Positions 12,835 through 23,579 of a DNA stretch of 64,000 nucleotides are shown in pieces. The notes under the pieces were generated by a model. That model saw only the letters and a program-made list of their open reading frames with translations, was not told where the DNA came from and ran no database searches. The position numbers and the translations under genes are program-made. Location of the stretch: NCBI GenBank assembly GCA_963815195.1, contig CAWFGE010000012.1:64001-128000 (forward strand), given 5' to 3'. The first letter of the stretch is position 1, and every line of letters begins with the position of its first letter. Source of the DNA: an uncultured Planctomycetaceae bacterium (GTDB lineage Bacteria > Planctomycetota > Planctomycetia > Planctomycetales > Planctomycetaceae).

Positions 12835-14054
12835 GCGCCGACACCTCAACCTTCCATTCCACCCTCCGCAGCTGGCAAAAGCGGGCGTTCGTGGCCGGGG
12901 GCGTTGCGGCGGCGATTTGCGCGGTCGCCGCGTTCTTCCTGCCGGCCCAGTTCTTTCGCGCGTATCTCGCGGCTTATATGTTTTGGCTGGGCGTCTGTCT
13001 GGGCAGCCTGGCGATCCTGATGCTTTACCATTTGACCGGAGGGGCCTGGGGCTATCTCATTCGCCGAATTCTCGAAGCCCAAATCAGCACGCTGCCGCTG
13101 ATGATGGTGCTGTTTATTCCCCTCGCGTTCGGGCTTTCGGAAATCTATCTCTGGGCGCAGCCCGACGTCGTCGAGAAATACGAAGCCATCCGCAATTCGC
13201 GGTTTTATCTCAACGAAACCTTTTTCTTAATCCGCGCACCGTTGTACTTCGGCGTTTGGCTGCTGTTTATGTTTTTGCTCAAAAGGCTCACTCGCAAGCA
13301 GGCCGAGACCGGCGAACCCTCCTTGCCGCATCGCCTTCAACGAACCAGCGAAATCGGGCTGGTGCTGTTTGGAACGGCGTTGCACTTTGCGGCGTTTGAT
13401 TGGATCCAGACCCTGCAATCCCACTTCCATTCGAGCATCTTCCCGCTCTTGGTCGCGGCGACGCAGTTGCTCTCCGCCCAGACGTTTGCCGTCCTGGTAT
13501 TCGGCATTTTGACAGCCAAATTCCGCGCCAGCGAACTGGCTTCCACAAGCGCCCTCATCGACCTGGGAAACCTGATCCTGACGTTCCTCATCATCTCTGC
13601 CTACTTGATGTGGTTTCAGTACATGCTCGTGTGGATCGCAAATTTGCCCTACGGAAGCATGTGGTATCTCCCCCGGATCCTCGGCGGCTGGGGCGCAGTG
13701 ATTATCGCCTTAATGGCGCTACAGTTTGGGATTCCCCTCCTCTTGCTGTTGCAAAAGCCGATCAAATCCAACCCGAAACGATTGGCGGCGCTGGCGGGGA
13801 TGATGTTCATTCTGCAAGCCGTCCTCACCTATTGGTTGATTATCCCCGTGTTCCCCGGCGTCTCGATGCTGGAGCATTGGATGGACTTCATCACCCCGAT
13901 CGCCATCGGCGGCCTGAATCTCGGAATGTTCTTGGGGCAACTGCTGAAACACGAACTCGTCGTCGCCAACGATCCCAACCGCAAGCGGGCGCTGGAGCTC
14001 TACGAAATGGATCGCGAGACGGTGGAACGAAAGGAGGCTTTGGCGCATGGCTGA
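12831..14054 (+). CDS. actF: Alternative complex III membrane subunit ActF
   Basis: About 10 TM helices; HLTGGAWG, YLNETFFLIR, FDWIQTL..HFHSSIF, DLGNL..WFQYMLVWIANLP. Confidence 0.85.
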   Translation: MSADTSTFHSTLRSWQKRAFVAGGVAAAICAVAAFFLPAQFFRAYLAAYMFWLGVCLGSLAILMLYHLTGGAWGYLIRRILEAQISTLPLMMVLFIPLAFGLSEIYLWAQPDVVEKYEAIRNSRFYLNETFFLIRAPLYFGVWLLFMFLLKRLTRKQAETGEPSLPHRLQRTSEIGLVLFGTALHFAAFDWIQTLQSHFHSSIFPLLVAATQLLSAQTFAVLVFGILTAKFRASELASTSALIDLGNLILTFLIISAYLMWFQYMLVWIANLPYGSMWYLPRILGGWGAVIIALMALQFGIPLLLLLQKPIKSNPKRLAALAGMMFILQAVLTYWLIIPVFPGVSMLEHWMDFITPIAIGGLNLGMFLGQLLKHELVVANDPNRKRALELYEMDRETVERKEALAHG

Positions 14055-14562
14055 ACATCACGAAGAGGCCAAGGAGGTGAAAGAGCCTGTGGCCCCGGAA
14101 CATCACACGGTTCATTATGAACCGCGCGACGTCGAGTTTCGCTGGGTGCTTTATGGAGCGATCACCTTAGTGTGCACGGGGGCGACAATCTGCGTCGCGG
14201 TCTTTTTCTATCATCAGGCCAAGATCCGCGCGGTTTCCGAAGACGGCCGAGGCTTCCCCCTCGCGCCGCATCCGCTGTCGGAACTTCCCGCAAAGCCCCG
14301 GCTCGACCCGCTCGAAAAACTCTCGGCCGAAGAAGCCACGCGGATCTACCATCGCCACGATCAAATGATGCAACGACTTCAAAGTTACGGCGCAGCCTCC
14401 CAAGACGGCTACCTGCACGTGCCGATCGACCGGGCGATGGAGACGCTCGCGGGCGAACTCCCGGTCCGCAAGACCTCCGTCAAAAACTCGCTGCGGGACA
14501 ACGGCTTAATCGATTCCGGGGAACCCAACTCCGGCCGGCTCTTTCGCAAGGCTCCAGAATAA
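14047..14562 (+). CDS. Single-TM accessory subunit, ActG-like
   Basis: HYEPRDV followed by a TM helix, PAKPRL, LQSYG...HVPIDRAM; lies between actF and the SCO gene. Confidence 0.6.
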   Translation: MAEHHEEAKEVKEPVAPEHHTVHYEPRDVEFRWVLYGAITLVCTGATICVAVFFYHQAKIRAVSEDGRGFPLAPHPLSELPAKPRLDPLEKLSAEEATRIYHRHDQMMQRLQSYGAASQDGYLHVPIDRAMETLAGELPVRKTSVKNSLRDNGLIDSGEPNSGRLFRKAPE

Positions 14563-15451
14563 TGCAACGCCATCGAAACACAATCTCCGATTGTCACACA
14601 CCGAAGCCCCTGGCATCGGCGGCGTGGATGATGTTCGTTGTGCTGATTGACTTCGCCGCGATGTGTCCCGCGCGCTTAGACGCCAAACAGCCGGTATTGC
14701 CGAAGGCCTTGCGAACGGTGGGATTCGATCAGCGGCTCAATGAGCAGTTGCCCCTGGACCTGGAATTCCGCGATGAAGACGGCCGCCGCGTCCGGCTCAA
14801 GCAGTTTTTCGGCGAAAAGCCGGTGCTGCTGACACTGGCCTATTTCCGCTGCCCCCGGCTCTGCACCCAGGTCCTGACGGGTGCGGCGAACAGCATGCCG
14901 CGAAACCGGTTTTACGCTCGGCGAGGACTTCGAAATCGATCACCGTCAGCTTCGATCCCACGGACACGCCCCGCGACGCCCGCGCTAAGAAAGAAACCTA
15001 TATGCGCTACTATGGAGACAAGAGCCGATCCCCGAACTGGCATTTCTTGACCGGCAACCAGGAGGCAATCACGAAGCTGACGAAAGCCGTGGGCTTTCGT
15101 TATGCCTATGACCCCAAGACCAAGCAGTTCGCCCATGCCGCGGGCCTCGTGATCCTGACTCCCCAGGGCAAGATCTCGCGGTATCTTTACGATGTGCGTT
15201 ATCCCGGCAAAGATTTGCGGCTTGCGCTCGTCGAGGCTTCTCAAAACCAGATCGGCAGCCCCACCGACCAGGTGCTGTTGTTCTGCTTCCATTACGATCC
15301 TGTCGCGGGGCGCTATGGCGCGGCGATTATGAACTTTGTCCGCCTGGGCGGCGTGTTGACGATTGTCGGCCTCGGTTATTTCTTCTGGCATCTATGCCGG
15401 CACCAACCGCGCCAAGCCGCCCCGCGCGAAGTCGAAGGCGAACCCGCCTAG
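14562..15451 (+). CDS. SCO1/SenC copper chaperone; apparent frameshift(s) ~14890-14925
   Basis: VGFDQRLNEQLPLDLEFRDE, YFRCPRLC (CxxxC), WHFLTG, QFAHAAG, LFCFHYDP. Confidence 0.85.
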
Positions 15452-15532
15452 TCGTTGAGACACATCGGGCTGAACCGCCTAGGCAAGTCATCAATCCGCG
15501 ACGAATTCACGAATCCACCAGACGAGCGACCT

Positions 15533-16543
15533 ATGGACACCGGAACCGCATTCTTTCCCAAGCAAGCGACGACGACCGCCGCGGAGGTGGATAATCTCTT
15601 TTTGTTTCTCACCGTGGTTTGCGGGTCCGTGGGGTTTCTTGTGGCCTGTCTGCTGATTTATTTTTCCATCAAGTATCGCCGCCGTTCGGAACTCGAACCC
15701 AATCCTCCTCGCGTTCAAAACAAAAAGCTGGAATGGTTCTGGACGATCTCGCCGCTGTTTTTTTTCCTGATCATGTTCGTGTGGGGCGCGCGGGTTTATC
15801 TCAATGCCTATACCCCCGCCAGCGATGCGATGCGGATCTATGGAGTCGGCAAACAATGGATGTGGAAGTTCCAGCATCCCAACGGGCAGCGGGAGATTAA
15901 CACCTTGCATGTCCCGCGCGGCCGTCCGGTCCAGTTGATGATGATTTCGGAGGATGTGATTCACAGCTTTTTCGTGCCCGAGTTCCGCGTCCATATGGAC
16001 CTCCTGCCGAACCGCTATACCTCGATGAGTTTCACGGCCACCCGGCTCGGCGAATATCACCTGTTTTGCTCTGAATACTGCGGCACGAATCACGCCGGCA
16101 TGCGAGGCAGGGTGATCGTGATGGAGCCGGCGGAATACGAAGCCTGGCTCACTCGAAACGCGGAAGGGTCGATGGCTTTGGAAGGGCGGAAAATCTTTTT
16201 GAAATATCGCTGCGTCAGTTGCCATTCCGCCAAGGAGGATGCGGCCGCTCCGGTTCTGGAAAACGTGTTCGGGAAACCGGTCCGGCTGAAAGACGGAACG
16301 ACCGTGCTTGCGGATGAAGAGTACATCCGGCAGTCGATCATGGAGCCGGATTCGCAGATTGTCGCGGGCTGGCAAAACATCATGCCGACGTTTAAGGGCC
16401 AGGTCACCGAGGCCGAGGTGTTTCAACTTGTCGCATATTTCCAGTCGCTGGCCAAGGGGGAAACCCCGGATCGGGTGGAGAGTTATCCCCCTCCTCGAAG
16501 CACGCCGGCTATTAGTCCCTCGGAGGAAGCGGAGCCTCAATGA
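15533..16543 (+). CDS. coxB: Cytochrome c oxidase subunit II with fused cytochrome c (caa3 type)
   Basis: LEWFWT, KQWMWKF, DVIHSF, CuA motif [13 protein letters not shown]-terminal CVSCH and MPTF. Confidence 0.93.
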   Translation: MDTGTAFFPKQATTTAAEVDNLFLFLTVVCGSVGFLVACLLIYFSIKYRRRSELEPNPPRVQNKKLEWFWTISPLFFFLIMFVWGARVYLNAYTPASDAMRIYGVGKQWMWKFQHPNGQREINTLHVPRGRPVQLMMISEDVIHSFFVPEFRVHMDLLPNRYTSMSFTATRLGEYHLFCSEYCGTNHAGMRGRVIVMEPAEYEAWLTRNAEGSMALEGRKIFLKYRCVSCHSAKEDAAAPVLENVFGKPVRLKDGTTVLADEEYIRQSIMEPDSQIVAGWQNIMPTFKGQVTEAEVFQLVAYFQSLAKGETPDRVESYPPPRSTPAISPSEEAEPQ

Positions 16544-18189
16544 GTATCGAAGTCATGCCGCGCCGCCGGGACGAGATTCCCGACGCGGTCGAAGCCGATA
16601 ACTATTTGAACGTGGCCTATGGCGTTTTGTCGTGGCTGCTGACGAAAGACCATAAGCGGATCGCGATTATGTATCTGCTGTCGGTCACGGTGATGTTCTT
16701 TGTGGGCGGGTTCGCCATCTCGGTCGCCAGGCTAAACTTACTGACGCCCGAAGGGGCGCTTGTGGATGCCGACACCTATAATCGCCTTTTCACCATGCAT
16801 GGCGTGATTATGGTGTTTTTCTTCCTGGTCCCGGTCGTCCCAGCGGTCTTGGGGAACTTTTTCCTGCCGCTGATGATCGGCGCTAAGGACCTCGCCTTTC
16901 CGCGCGTCAACCTCTTGAGCTGGTATCTCTATATGATCGGGGCCGGCGGCGCGATGTATGCGATGATCGCCGGCGGCGTGGACACCGGTTGGACGTTTTA
17001 CACCCCTTATAGCTCCCACTCCACGCACTATAACGTGGTCTGGACGATGGCGGCCATCGTCGTCGCGGGCTTTTCGTCGCTCGCGACGGGATTGAATTTT
17101 ATCGTCACAACGCATTGGCTTCGCGCTCCGGGCATGACGTGGATGCGGTTGCCGATTTTCGTCTGGACCCTGTACGCCACGAGTTGGATCTTCCTGATGG
17201 CGGTCCCCGTTATTGCAATCGCCTTGATGCTCGTGATCTTTGAACGGATTTTTCATATTGGAGTGTTCGATCCGGCCTTAGGCGGCGACCCCCTGTTGTT
17301 CCAGCACTTGTTCTGGTTTTATTCCCACCCGGCGGTTTACATTATGATTCTCCCCGGCATGGGCATCGTCAGCGAGATCATTCCCTGTTTTAGCCGCAAA
17401 CAACTTTTCGGCTATACCTTTGTGGCGTTCGCGAGTTTCGGGATTGCCTTTCTGGGCTTTCTGGTCTGGGCACACCATATGTTTGTCGCCGGCATCTCCA
17501 CCTATGCGGCGATGGTGTTCTCGATGCTCAGCTTTCTCGTCGCCATTCCCTCGGCGATTAAGGTGTTTAACTGGACGGCGACGCTTTACCGCGGATCGAT
17601 TTCGTTTGAAAGCCCGATGCTTTTTGCTCTCGGATTTGTCGCCTTGTTTACAACGGGCGGACTGACGGGGCTCTTCCTCGCCACACTAGGCATCGACATT
17701 CACGTCCATGACACCTACTTCGTCGTTGCGCACTTTCATTTTATTATGGTGGGCGGCATGGTAATGGCCTATATGGGCGGGCTGCATTACTGGTGGCCGA
17801 AGATCACCGGACGCATGTATTCCGAATGGTGGGCCAAGCTCGCGGCCTTGATTGTGTTTATCGGCTTCTTTCTGACGTTTATCCCGCAGTTTGTGTTGGG
17901 ATATAACGGCATGCCCCGGCGGTATCACAGTTATGTTCCCGAATTCCAGGTCTGGAACGTGCTCTCTTCCGCGGGAGCTTCCATTCTCGCCGTGGGCTAT
18001 GTGCTACCCTTGGCGTATCTCTTATATTCCCTGCGGTTCGGAACGCTTGCGGGCGAGAATCCCTGGAAGGCGACCGGCTTGGAATGGCAGACGGCTTCTC
18101 CACCCCCGCCGCACAATTTTGAAGAAACGCCGATCGTGTACCGCGAGCCCTACGAATATCACACGGGAAAGGCCCAAAATGAGCCTTAG
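16540..18189 (+). CDS. coxA: Cytochrome c oxidase subunit I, heme-copper family A2
   Basis: [28 protein letters not shown] (YS = A2 signature), [23 protein letters not shown]. Confidence 0.96.
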   Translation: MSIEVMPRRRDEIPDAVEADNYLNVAYGVLSWLLTKDHKRIAIMYLLSVTVMFFVGGFAISVARLNLLTPEGALVDADTYNRLFTMHGVIMVFFFLVPVVPAVLGNFFLPLMIGAKDLAFPRVNLLSWYLYMIGAGGAMYAMIAGGVDTGWTFYTPYSSHSTHYNVVWTMAAIVVAGFSSLATGLNFIVTTHWLRAPGMTWMRLPIFVWTLYATSWIFLMAVPVIAIALMLVIFERIFHIGVFDPALGGDPLLFQHLFWFYSHPAVYIMILPGMGIVSEIIPCFSRKQLFGYTFVAFASFGIAFLGFLVWAHHMFVAGISTYAAMVFSMLSFLVAIPSAIKVFNWTATLYRGSISFESPMLFALGFVALFTTGGLTGLFLATLGIDIHVHDTYFVVAHFHFIMVGGMVMAYMGGLHYWWPKITGRMYSEWWAKLAALIVFIGFFLTFIPQFVLGYNGMPRRYHSYVPEFQVWNVLSSAGASILAVGYVLPLAYLLYSLRFGTLAGENPWKATGLEWQTASPPPPHNFEETPIVYREPYEYHTGKAQNEP

Positions 18190-18910
18190 ATCGCTACTCC
18201 TCACGCCTCGCGAGGAGAACCTGTTTAAGAACACGGCGCTCGACTTCCAGGAACTGGGAGACCAGTTTTCGTCGCTGGACCAGCAACACAAGACCGCCAC
18301 GGTCGGGATGTGGGTGTTCCTCGCAACGGAGGTCATGTTCTTCGGCGCGCTGTTTGTTTCCGTCAGCGTTTACTGGTTCACACATACGAAACCCGTCGAA
18401 TCGGCGAGCGTGAAACTCTGCTGGCAAATCGGAGCGACGAATACGATCGTCCTCTTGGTGAGCAGTTTGATGATGGCGCTCGCCGTCCATTTCGCAGAAC
18501 ACGGAGACCATAAGAAAGTCGTGCGGTTTCTGCTTTTGACCGCGGGCTTCGGCGTGCTGTTTCTCTGCCTCAAGGGACTCGAATACTATATCGATTTCCA
18601 GGACAACCTTGTTCCGGGCCTCAAATTCGACGAAGAGGAATGGCTGACGAAGGAAGGCTTGGCCCGCAGCGAAATCGGCTACGTCAAGATCTTTCTGGTT
18701 CTGTATTGGTTTATGACCGGGCTGCACGCGCTGCATATGATTATCGGCGTGACGATGGTTTCCATCGTGAGCTTTCTCACGCATCGAGGGCATTTTTCGG
18801 CCGAGCATTATACGCCGATCGAGGTCGTCGGGCTGTATTGGCACTTTGTCGATATTGTGTGGCTGTTTCTTTTTCCGGGACTCTACCTGATGGGAACCCA
18901 CCATTGGTAA
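18179..18910 (+). CDS. coxC: Cytochrome c oxidase subunit III
   Basis: [46 protein letters not shown]. Confidence 0.93.
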   Translation: MSLRSLLLTPREENLFKNTALDFQELGDQFSSLDQQHKTATVGMWVFLATEVMFFGALFVSVSVYWFTHTKPVESASVKLCWQIGATNTIVLLVSSLMMALAVHFAEHGDHKKVVRFLLLTAGFGVLFLCLKGLEYYIDFQDNLVPGLKFDEEEWLTKEGLARSEIGYVKIFLVLYWFMTGLHALHMIIGVTMVSIVSFLTHRGHFSAEHYTPIEVVGLYWHFVDIVWLFLFPGLYLMGTHHW

Positions 18911-18949
18911 CTGACAACCACAATGAAAATTGAATGACAAGGCACCTGT

Positions 18950-19255
18950 ATGTCCACGAATTCTGTTTCTGTCAGGACCATTCTCCTCATCGCGGTTGCG
19001 CTGATCATTACGACGATTATTTCCGTGAGCGTTTCCTTTATCCCGCTGGAGAGCAAATGGCACGTGACGATTGCGATGTCGATCGGGGCCTTCAAAGCGA
19101 GCCTGGTGATGTTGTTTTTCATGCAAATCATCGCCAGCCCCCGCCTGACCTGGGTCGTGATCACGGCCTCGGTGGTGTGGCTGATTGTTCTGCTGACGCT
19201 GACGCTGGTCGATTATCTCTCCCGTTCCCTGTTGCCCTTTGCACCGGGACATTAA
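18950..19255 (+). CDS. Cytochrome c oxidase subunit IV family protein
   Basis: Three TM helices, KASLVMLFFM; last gene of the cox block. Confidence 0.8.
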   Translation: MSTNSVSVRTILLIAVALIITTIISVSVSFIPLESKWHVTIAMSIGAFKASLVMLFFMQIIASPRLTWVVITASVVWLIVLLTLTLVDYLSRSLLPFAPGH

Positions 19256-19290
19256 CAAGGCCAAGTGCATTGTCGATGTGAAGAATTCGG

Positions 19291-19386
19291 ATCAGCCGGA
19301 ATGCGCTAGCGTCCGGTTCGCTCTTCGAAGACCGGGGCGAGCGCCCTGCGGCTGATTAAAACTGAGGCGAGCGCCCTGCGGCTCAT
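19291..19386. repeat. REP-like palindrome (family A) plus an extra half-copy
   Basis: ATCAGCCGG...CCGGTTC / ACCGGGGCGAGCGCCCTGCGGCTGAT, then GGCGAGCGCCCTGCGGCTCA; same unit recurs at 32012, 32055 and 51423. Confidence 0.75.
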
Positions 19387-19450
19387 TTTTTGCAAACGCG
19401 AAGTTCTTGCTCTCACGAAGCACTCGTCATAACTCATAAGAGCGACTGCC

Positions 19451-19867
19451 ATGGATCCTCTTCCGAAAATCTCCAGGGCCCCCTTTGGTTTGGGAACGGC
19501 GTCTTTTGTCATCGGGTCCATCGGCCTGCTTTTGTGCCCTTTGCCGATCCTCGGGGCGCCAATTAGCTCGCTGGGACTGATCGGCGGAGTTGTGGGCTGC
19601 GGTTTGATCGCCTTTGGTTCGAGCAGCAACTTCCGCTGGTCGGCGGCGGGCGCGGTGCTGTCGGCCCTGGCACTCTCTGTGAATCTCGCGATTGCCTACG
19701 GTCCCTCCACGGAAAGCGCACCGCGCGAGGTTCCCCAAATTCACTCCACGGTCCCCAAGCGCACCTTCGTGCCTCCGCCCCGCCGCTCGCCTTATGCTCC
19801 CGAACAGAACGCGGCGGACGGCGAGCCCCGCGCGAAGTCGCCCAAGGGAAAACCTCAGAAACGTTGA
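19451..19867 (+). CDS. Hypothetical small membrane protein
   Basis: 138-aa ORF with about 3 hydrophobic helices and a Pro-rich tail. Confidence 0.55.
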   Translation: MDPLPKISRAPFGLGTASFVIGSIGLLLCPLPILGAPISSLGLIGGVVGCGLIAFGSSSNFRWSAAGAVLSALALSVNLAIAYGPSTESAPREVPQIHSTVPKRTFVPPPRRSPYAPEQNAADGEPRAKSPKGKPQKR

Positions 19868-19946
19868 CGGGGTTTGGTCGTCAGGTCGAGCACAAATGGA
19901 TAAAATGAAGCCCCACATTCCTTTTGTCCTCAATTGACGGAAAGCC

Positions 19947-20795
19947 TTGATCGTGAATCGACCTCCCCATGCCGCCGCCTCGCTCCCGGAACCGACCATC
20001 AGGCTCACCGAAGGCTGGCACTGTTTGCATATTTATTACCGCGTGAACCAGGCGGCCCTTAATCAGATTGGCGAATCCGACCGAGCCCAGGGCCGCGAAG
20101 AGCTGGCGAAGATCCTCGATCCCGAATCCGAGGGGGGGCCCGAACGTCTGTTGAGCTCTGTCGTGTCGGGGCATCGGGCCGATTTGGGTCTGATGCTGAT
20201 GGACCCGGACCCGCTGGTCTTGGACCGCGTGAAGCACGCCCTCCGCACGTGCGCGCTCGGGCCGGCGCTCGAGCCGGTGTATTCGTTCGTCTCGATCAGC
20301 GAGGTTTCGGAATATGTGCCCACGGTGGAGCAATACGCCGAGCGGCTGCGGAAGGAAGGCACCGCGCCGGACGATCCCACTTATGAAGCGAAGGTGAATG
20401 CGTATGCCAGCCGGCTGCCGATGATGAACAAGCAGCGGCTGTACCCCGACTTCCCGCCGCTGCCGGTGCATTGTTTTTATCCCATGAACAAAATCCGCCA
20501 CCCGCTGGCCAACTGGTACATGGAGCCCTTCAGCAGCCGAAGCGCGATGATGTCGGAACATGCGACTTCGGGGATCAAGTTCGCGGGGCGCGTGTCGCAA
20601 TTGATCACGGCGTCCACCGGTTTCGACGATTGGGAATGGGGCGTGACGCTTTGGGCCCGGAATCCCGAGTCGATTAAAGAAATCGTGTACACGATGCGGT
20701 TCGACAAAGCCTCCGCCAAGTACGCCGAGTTCGGCCCGTTTTACCTAGGCTACATCCTGCCCGCCGAGGAAGCGATCTCGCAGATTCGGCTGTAA
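19947..20795 (+). CDS. hemQ: Coproheme decarboxylase ChdC/HemQ (chlorite dismutase-like family)
   Basis: EGWHCLH, GHRADL, CFYPMNK, NWY, MMSEH (proximal His), VSQLITASTGFDDWEWGVTLWA, MRFDKASAKYAEFGPFY. Confidence 0.85.
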   Translation: MIVNRPPHAAASLPEPTIRLTEGWHCLHIYYRVNQAALNQIGESDRAQGREELAKILDPESEGGPERLLSSVVSGHRADLGLMLMDPDPLVLDRVKHALRTCALGPALEPVYSFVSISEVSEYVPTVEQYAERLRKEGTAPDDPTYEAKVNAYASRLPMMNKQRLYPDFPPLPVHCFYPMNKIRHPLANWYMEPFSSRSAMMSEHATSGIKFAGRVSQLITASTGFDDWEWGVTLWARNPESIKEIVYTMRFDKASAKYAEFGPFYLGYILPAEEAISQIRL

Positions 20796-20806
20796 TTCGC
20801 GGGGAA

Positions 20807-21318
20807 CTACGCAGGCCGCTTCGGGGGGGCGAATTTGATCTTTTCGATGTAGCGGACGAGCTTCAAGTCGCCGTCGGCGGTTTGCTGCATCCGGCCGGTG
20901 CAGGCGCTGACCGCCTGGATGGTGTAGCGGTAGTGGAGGTTGTAGTCGGCTTCGATCTCGGCTTCGATGTTTTTGGTGAGGTCGCTGCCGGGACGCCCGA
21001 TGGTTTGCAGGACTTCGCTATTGAGGCGGGCGAACGCCTGGTCGCCCGCGCCGAAGTGCTTGTTGTTATAGAGCACGTCTTTGAGCGTGCCGTCGGTATT
21101 GGCCAGAAGACGGACGCTGATGGGCGGGATGATCACCTTGTCCGGCGGCGGGGGCGGCGGGACTGGCCGAGGGGCATATTGATATTAAAGTCGCCTTCGG
21201 GCGAAGTGATCTTCAAGGTCAGCATGAAGAAGATCAAAAGCTGGAACACGACGTCGATCATGGGAGCCATTTGAGGCTCGATTTTTTCGTTTTTCTTGCC
21301 GGTGCCGCGAACGTTCAT
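20807..21318 (-). CDS. ExbD/TolR family protein (duplicate copy 2); apparent 1-nt deletion ~21160
   Basis: MAPMIDVVFQLLIFFML; ORFs 21133-21318 and 20807-21136 join to a near-copy of 21375-21887. Confidence 0.85.
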
Positions 21319-21374
21319 GGCAGTGTCCCCGATTGGGCGATGCGGTTGGGTCCCCGGGCGTCAAATCTTTGAAA

Positions 21375-21887
21375 CTATGTAGGCCGTTTCGGCGGGGCGA
21401 ATTTGATCTTTTCGATGTAGCGGACGAGCTTCAAGTCGCCGTCGGCCGTTTGCTGCATCCGGCCGGTGCAGGCGCTGACCGCCTGGATGGTGTAGCGGTA
21501 GTGGAGGTTGTAGTCGGCTTCGATCTCGGCTTCGATGTTTTTGGTGAGGTCGCTGCCGGGACGCCCGATGGTTTTCAAGATTTCGCTGCTCAAACGGGCG
21601 AACGCCTGATCGCCCGCGCCGAAGTGCTTGTTGTTGTTATAGACCACGTCTTTGAGCGTGCCGTCTGTGTTGGCGAGCAGGCGGACGCTGATCGGCGGGA
21701 TGTTCACCGGCGGGGGCGCGGACGACGAGGACTGGCCGAGGGGCATGTTGATGTTGAAGTCGCCTTCGGGCGCGGTGATCTTCAACGTCAGCATGAAGAA
21801 GATCAAAAGCTGGAACACGACGTCGATCATGGGAGCCATTTGAGGCTCGATTTTTTCGTTTTTCTTGCCGGTGCCGCGAACTTTCAT
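21375..21887 (-). CDS. ExbD/TolR family protein (duplicate copy 1)
   Basis: MAPMIDVVFQLLIFFML TM with conserved Asp; IEAD..LHYRY. Confidence 0.9.
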   Translation of the reverse strand: MKVRGTGKKNEKIEPQMAPMIDVVFQLLIFFMLTLKITAPEGDFNINMPLGQSSSSAPPPVNIPPISVRLLANTDGTLKDVVYNNNKHFGAGDQAFARLSSEILKTIGRPGSDLTKNIEAEIEADYNLHYRYTIQAVSACTGRMQQTADGDLKLVRYIEKIKFAPPKRPT

Positions 21888-21951
21888 GGCTGTGTCCCGA
21901 GAGGCTGAAGTCGTCTGGTGGGGTCAGGTAACGAGGGCCGAGCGGCTGGCC

Positions 21952-22440
21952 TTATCCGTCGGTGGATTCCTGCTTGGCTCTGAGGTCGAATTTCTCAAAG
22001 CCCGCTTCCTGGCAGGTCTTCATGAGTTCCTGGATTTTCCCCGTGGGGACCTCGGCGTCGGCGCGGAAAATTACCGTGACCTCCGCGCGTTTGACGCCTT
22101 TCGTTTTTTCGAAGTTCTCGGCTTCGAAATCGAGGCTCTCTCGAATTCTCTTATCCCCCAGCGGGATTTGGTCGCCGGCGTAGAACAACATCGGTATGCC
22201 CGCGCCGACAAGGTAGCCCTCGGCGTTGCGATTGAAGCCGATGTTCAACACGAGCTCGTTGTCCCGTTTGTTCTTCGCGGGGCGGGCCAACTGGTCGGCG
22301 GGGAGCTTGACGCGTTCGTCGGCCTGGGTCTGCTCGAAGTTGGTGATGACCATGAAGAACGCGATCAACTGGAACACGATATCGATCATCGGCGTCATGT
22401 CCACTTCGGCCACCGCCGGATCGGTCTTTTGGAATTTCAT
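21952..22440 (-). CDS. exbD: ExbD/TolR family protein
   Basis: DMTPMIDIVFQLIAFFM, VIFRADAEVPTG..QELMKTCQEAGF. Confidence 0.9.
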   Translation of the reverse strand: MKFQKTDPAVAEVDMTPMIDIVFQLIAFFMVITNFEQTQADERVKLPADQLARPAKNKRDNELVLNIGFNRNAEGYLVGAGIPMLFYAGDQIPLGDKRIRESLDFEAENFEKTKGVKRAEVTVIFRADAEVPTGKIQELMKTCQEAGFEKFDLRAKQESTDG

Positions 22441-22528
22441 AGCGGGAATCTCTTGGCGAAAAACACCCAAGCCGACCGCTTGCGGTCGGTGTTCGACGCC
22501 AAGGCGTCGGCTTGGGAAGTGGGGTTGA

Positions 22529-23374
22529 CTAGTCTTGTTTCTGGGCGGGGGCGGCTTGGGGGGCGCCGCCGGCGGTTTTCTTGCCCATGGTCGAGAACCG
22601 GCTCATCAGGCCTTCGCTGATCATGCCGACTTCGAGCACGAAGCGGGCGACGCGGTTCCGGAGCAGGCTGTAAAACACCATCGCGGGGATGGCGACGGCC
22701 AGCCCTTCGATCGTGGTGAACAGGGCCGTCGAAATCCCGTCGGCCAGTTCTTTGGGCTTCGGCGCCACGGGCGAGTTGGCGATGACGCGGAAGCTGGCGA
22801 TCATCCCGTACACGGTGCCCATCAGCCCGAGCATGGGAGCGACGGTGCCGATGAGGGCCAGGTAGCTCAGCCGATGTTCGAGGGCCATGTTTTCGTCTTC
22901 GCCGACTTCCTGCATGCCTTCGATGGCTTCGTCGTAGCCGCGGTTGAGCTTGCTGAGCCCGGCGGCGAGGACGCGGGCCACGAAGGAATCGTCGGCCTTC
23001 GCCGATTCGTAGGCTCCCTGGTAATCCTTTTGGGCCAGCCGCTCCTCGAAGCCTTCGATGAACGCCGGCGGGAGGAGGTTATCCCGGCGGACCTGGAGGA
23101 CGTTCATCATGATGAGGGCCACCATAATGAACGAGAGCAACAGCAGCACGAACCCGAAGATCCCCGACGCTTGGATCATCCACATCAAAAAGCTCTGCTC
23201 GCTGGCGGCGGTCTCTTTCGCGTCGCCGGTCTTGGCGGCCTCCTCGGTTTGGGCGGCGGCGGGCGACGGGGCCAGCGCGGTGAAGGTGAAGGTCACGATG
23301 CCGGCCAAGAGCACGAGGCTCAAAACGCGCGACCAGGTGGGGGCCGGGTTGAAGGGGGATAGTCCTCGCAACAT
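22529..23374 (-). CDS. exbB: MotA/TolQ/ExbB proton channel protein
   Basis: LSYLALIGTVAPMLGLMGTVYGMIASF, LADGISTALFTTIEGLAVAIPA. Confidence 0.92.
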   Translation of the reverse strand: MLRGLSPFNPAPTWSRVLSLVLLAGIVTFTFTALAPSPAAAQTEEAAKTGDAKETAASEQSFLMWMIQASGIFGFVLLLLSFIMVALIMMNVLQVRRDNLLPPAFIEGFEERLAQKDYQGAYESAKADDSFVARVLAAGLSKLNRGYDEAIEGMQEVGEDENMALEHRLSYLALIGTVAPMLGLMGTVYGMIASFRVIANSPVAPKPKELADGISTALFTTIEGLAVAIPAMVFYSLLRNRVARFVLEVGMISEGLMSRFSTMGKKTAGGAPQAAPAQKQD

Positions 23375-23579
23375 GGTTTTTCTCCAGTGATTGATCTGTG
23401 GGGCCGATGGGGTGGTTGAGCGGCGCGCCGGCCGGCTCGGTTCAATCAACAAGCCCGCTTGTGTGGTGGTCCAAGGATGGGAAATTTCATTCTAAATTCC
23501 GCACGATCGAGAATCCAGAGTTTTGAAATTCGATATTGAAAATTTGCGCGTCGAACGAATGCTTCCTGCGATTGCCGGC

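Noticed and set aside
5220..19255. ACIII-cox block as a horizontally acquired low-GC island
   Set aside because: The apparent T-richness is explained by membrane-protein codons, there is no integrase, tRNA or boundary repeat, and composition was not computed
20807..21887. exbD near-duplicates as a diversity-generating retroelement TR/VR pair
   Set aside because: Differences are not adenine-specific, they include indels, both copies are whole genes, and there is no reverse transcriptase nearby
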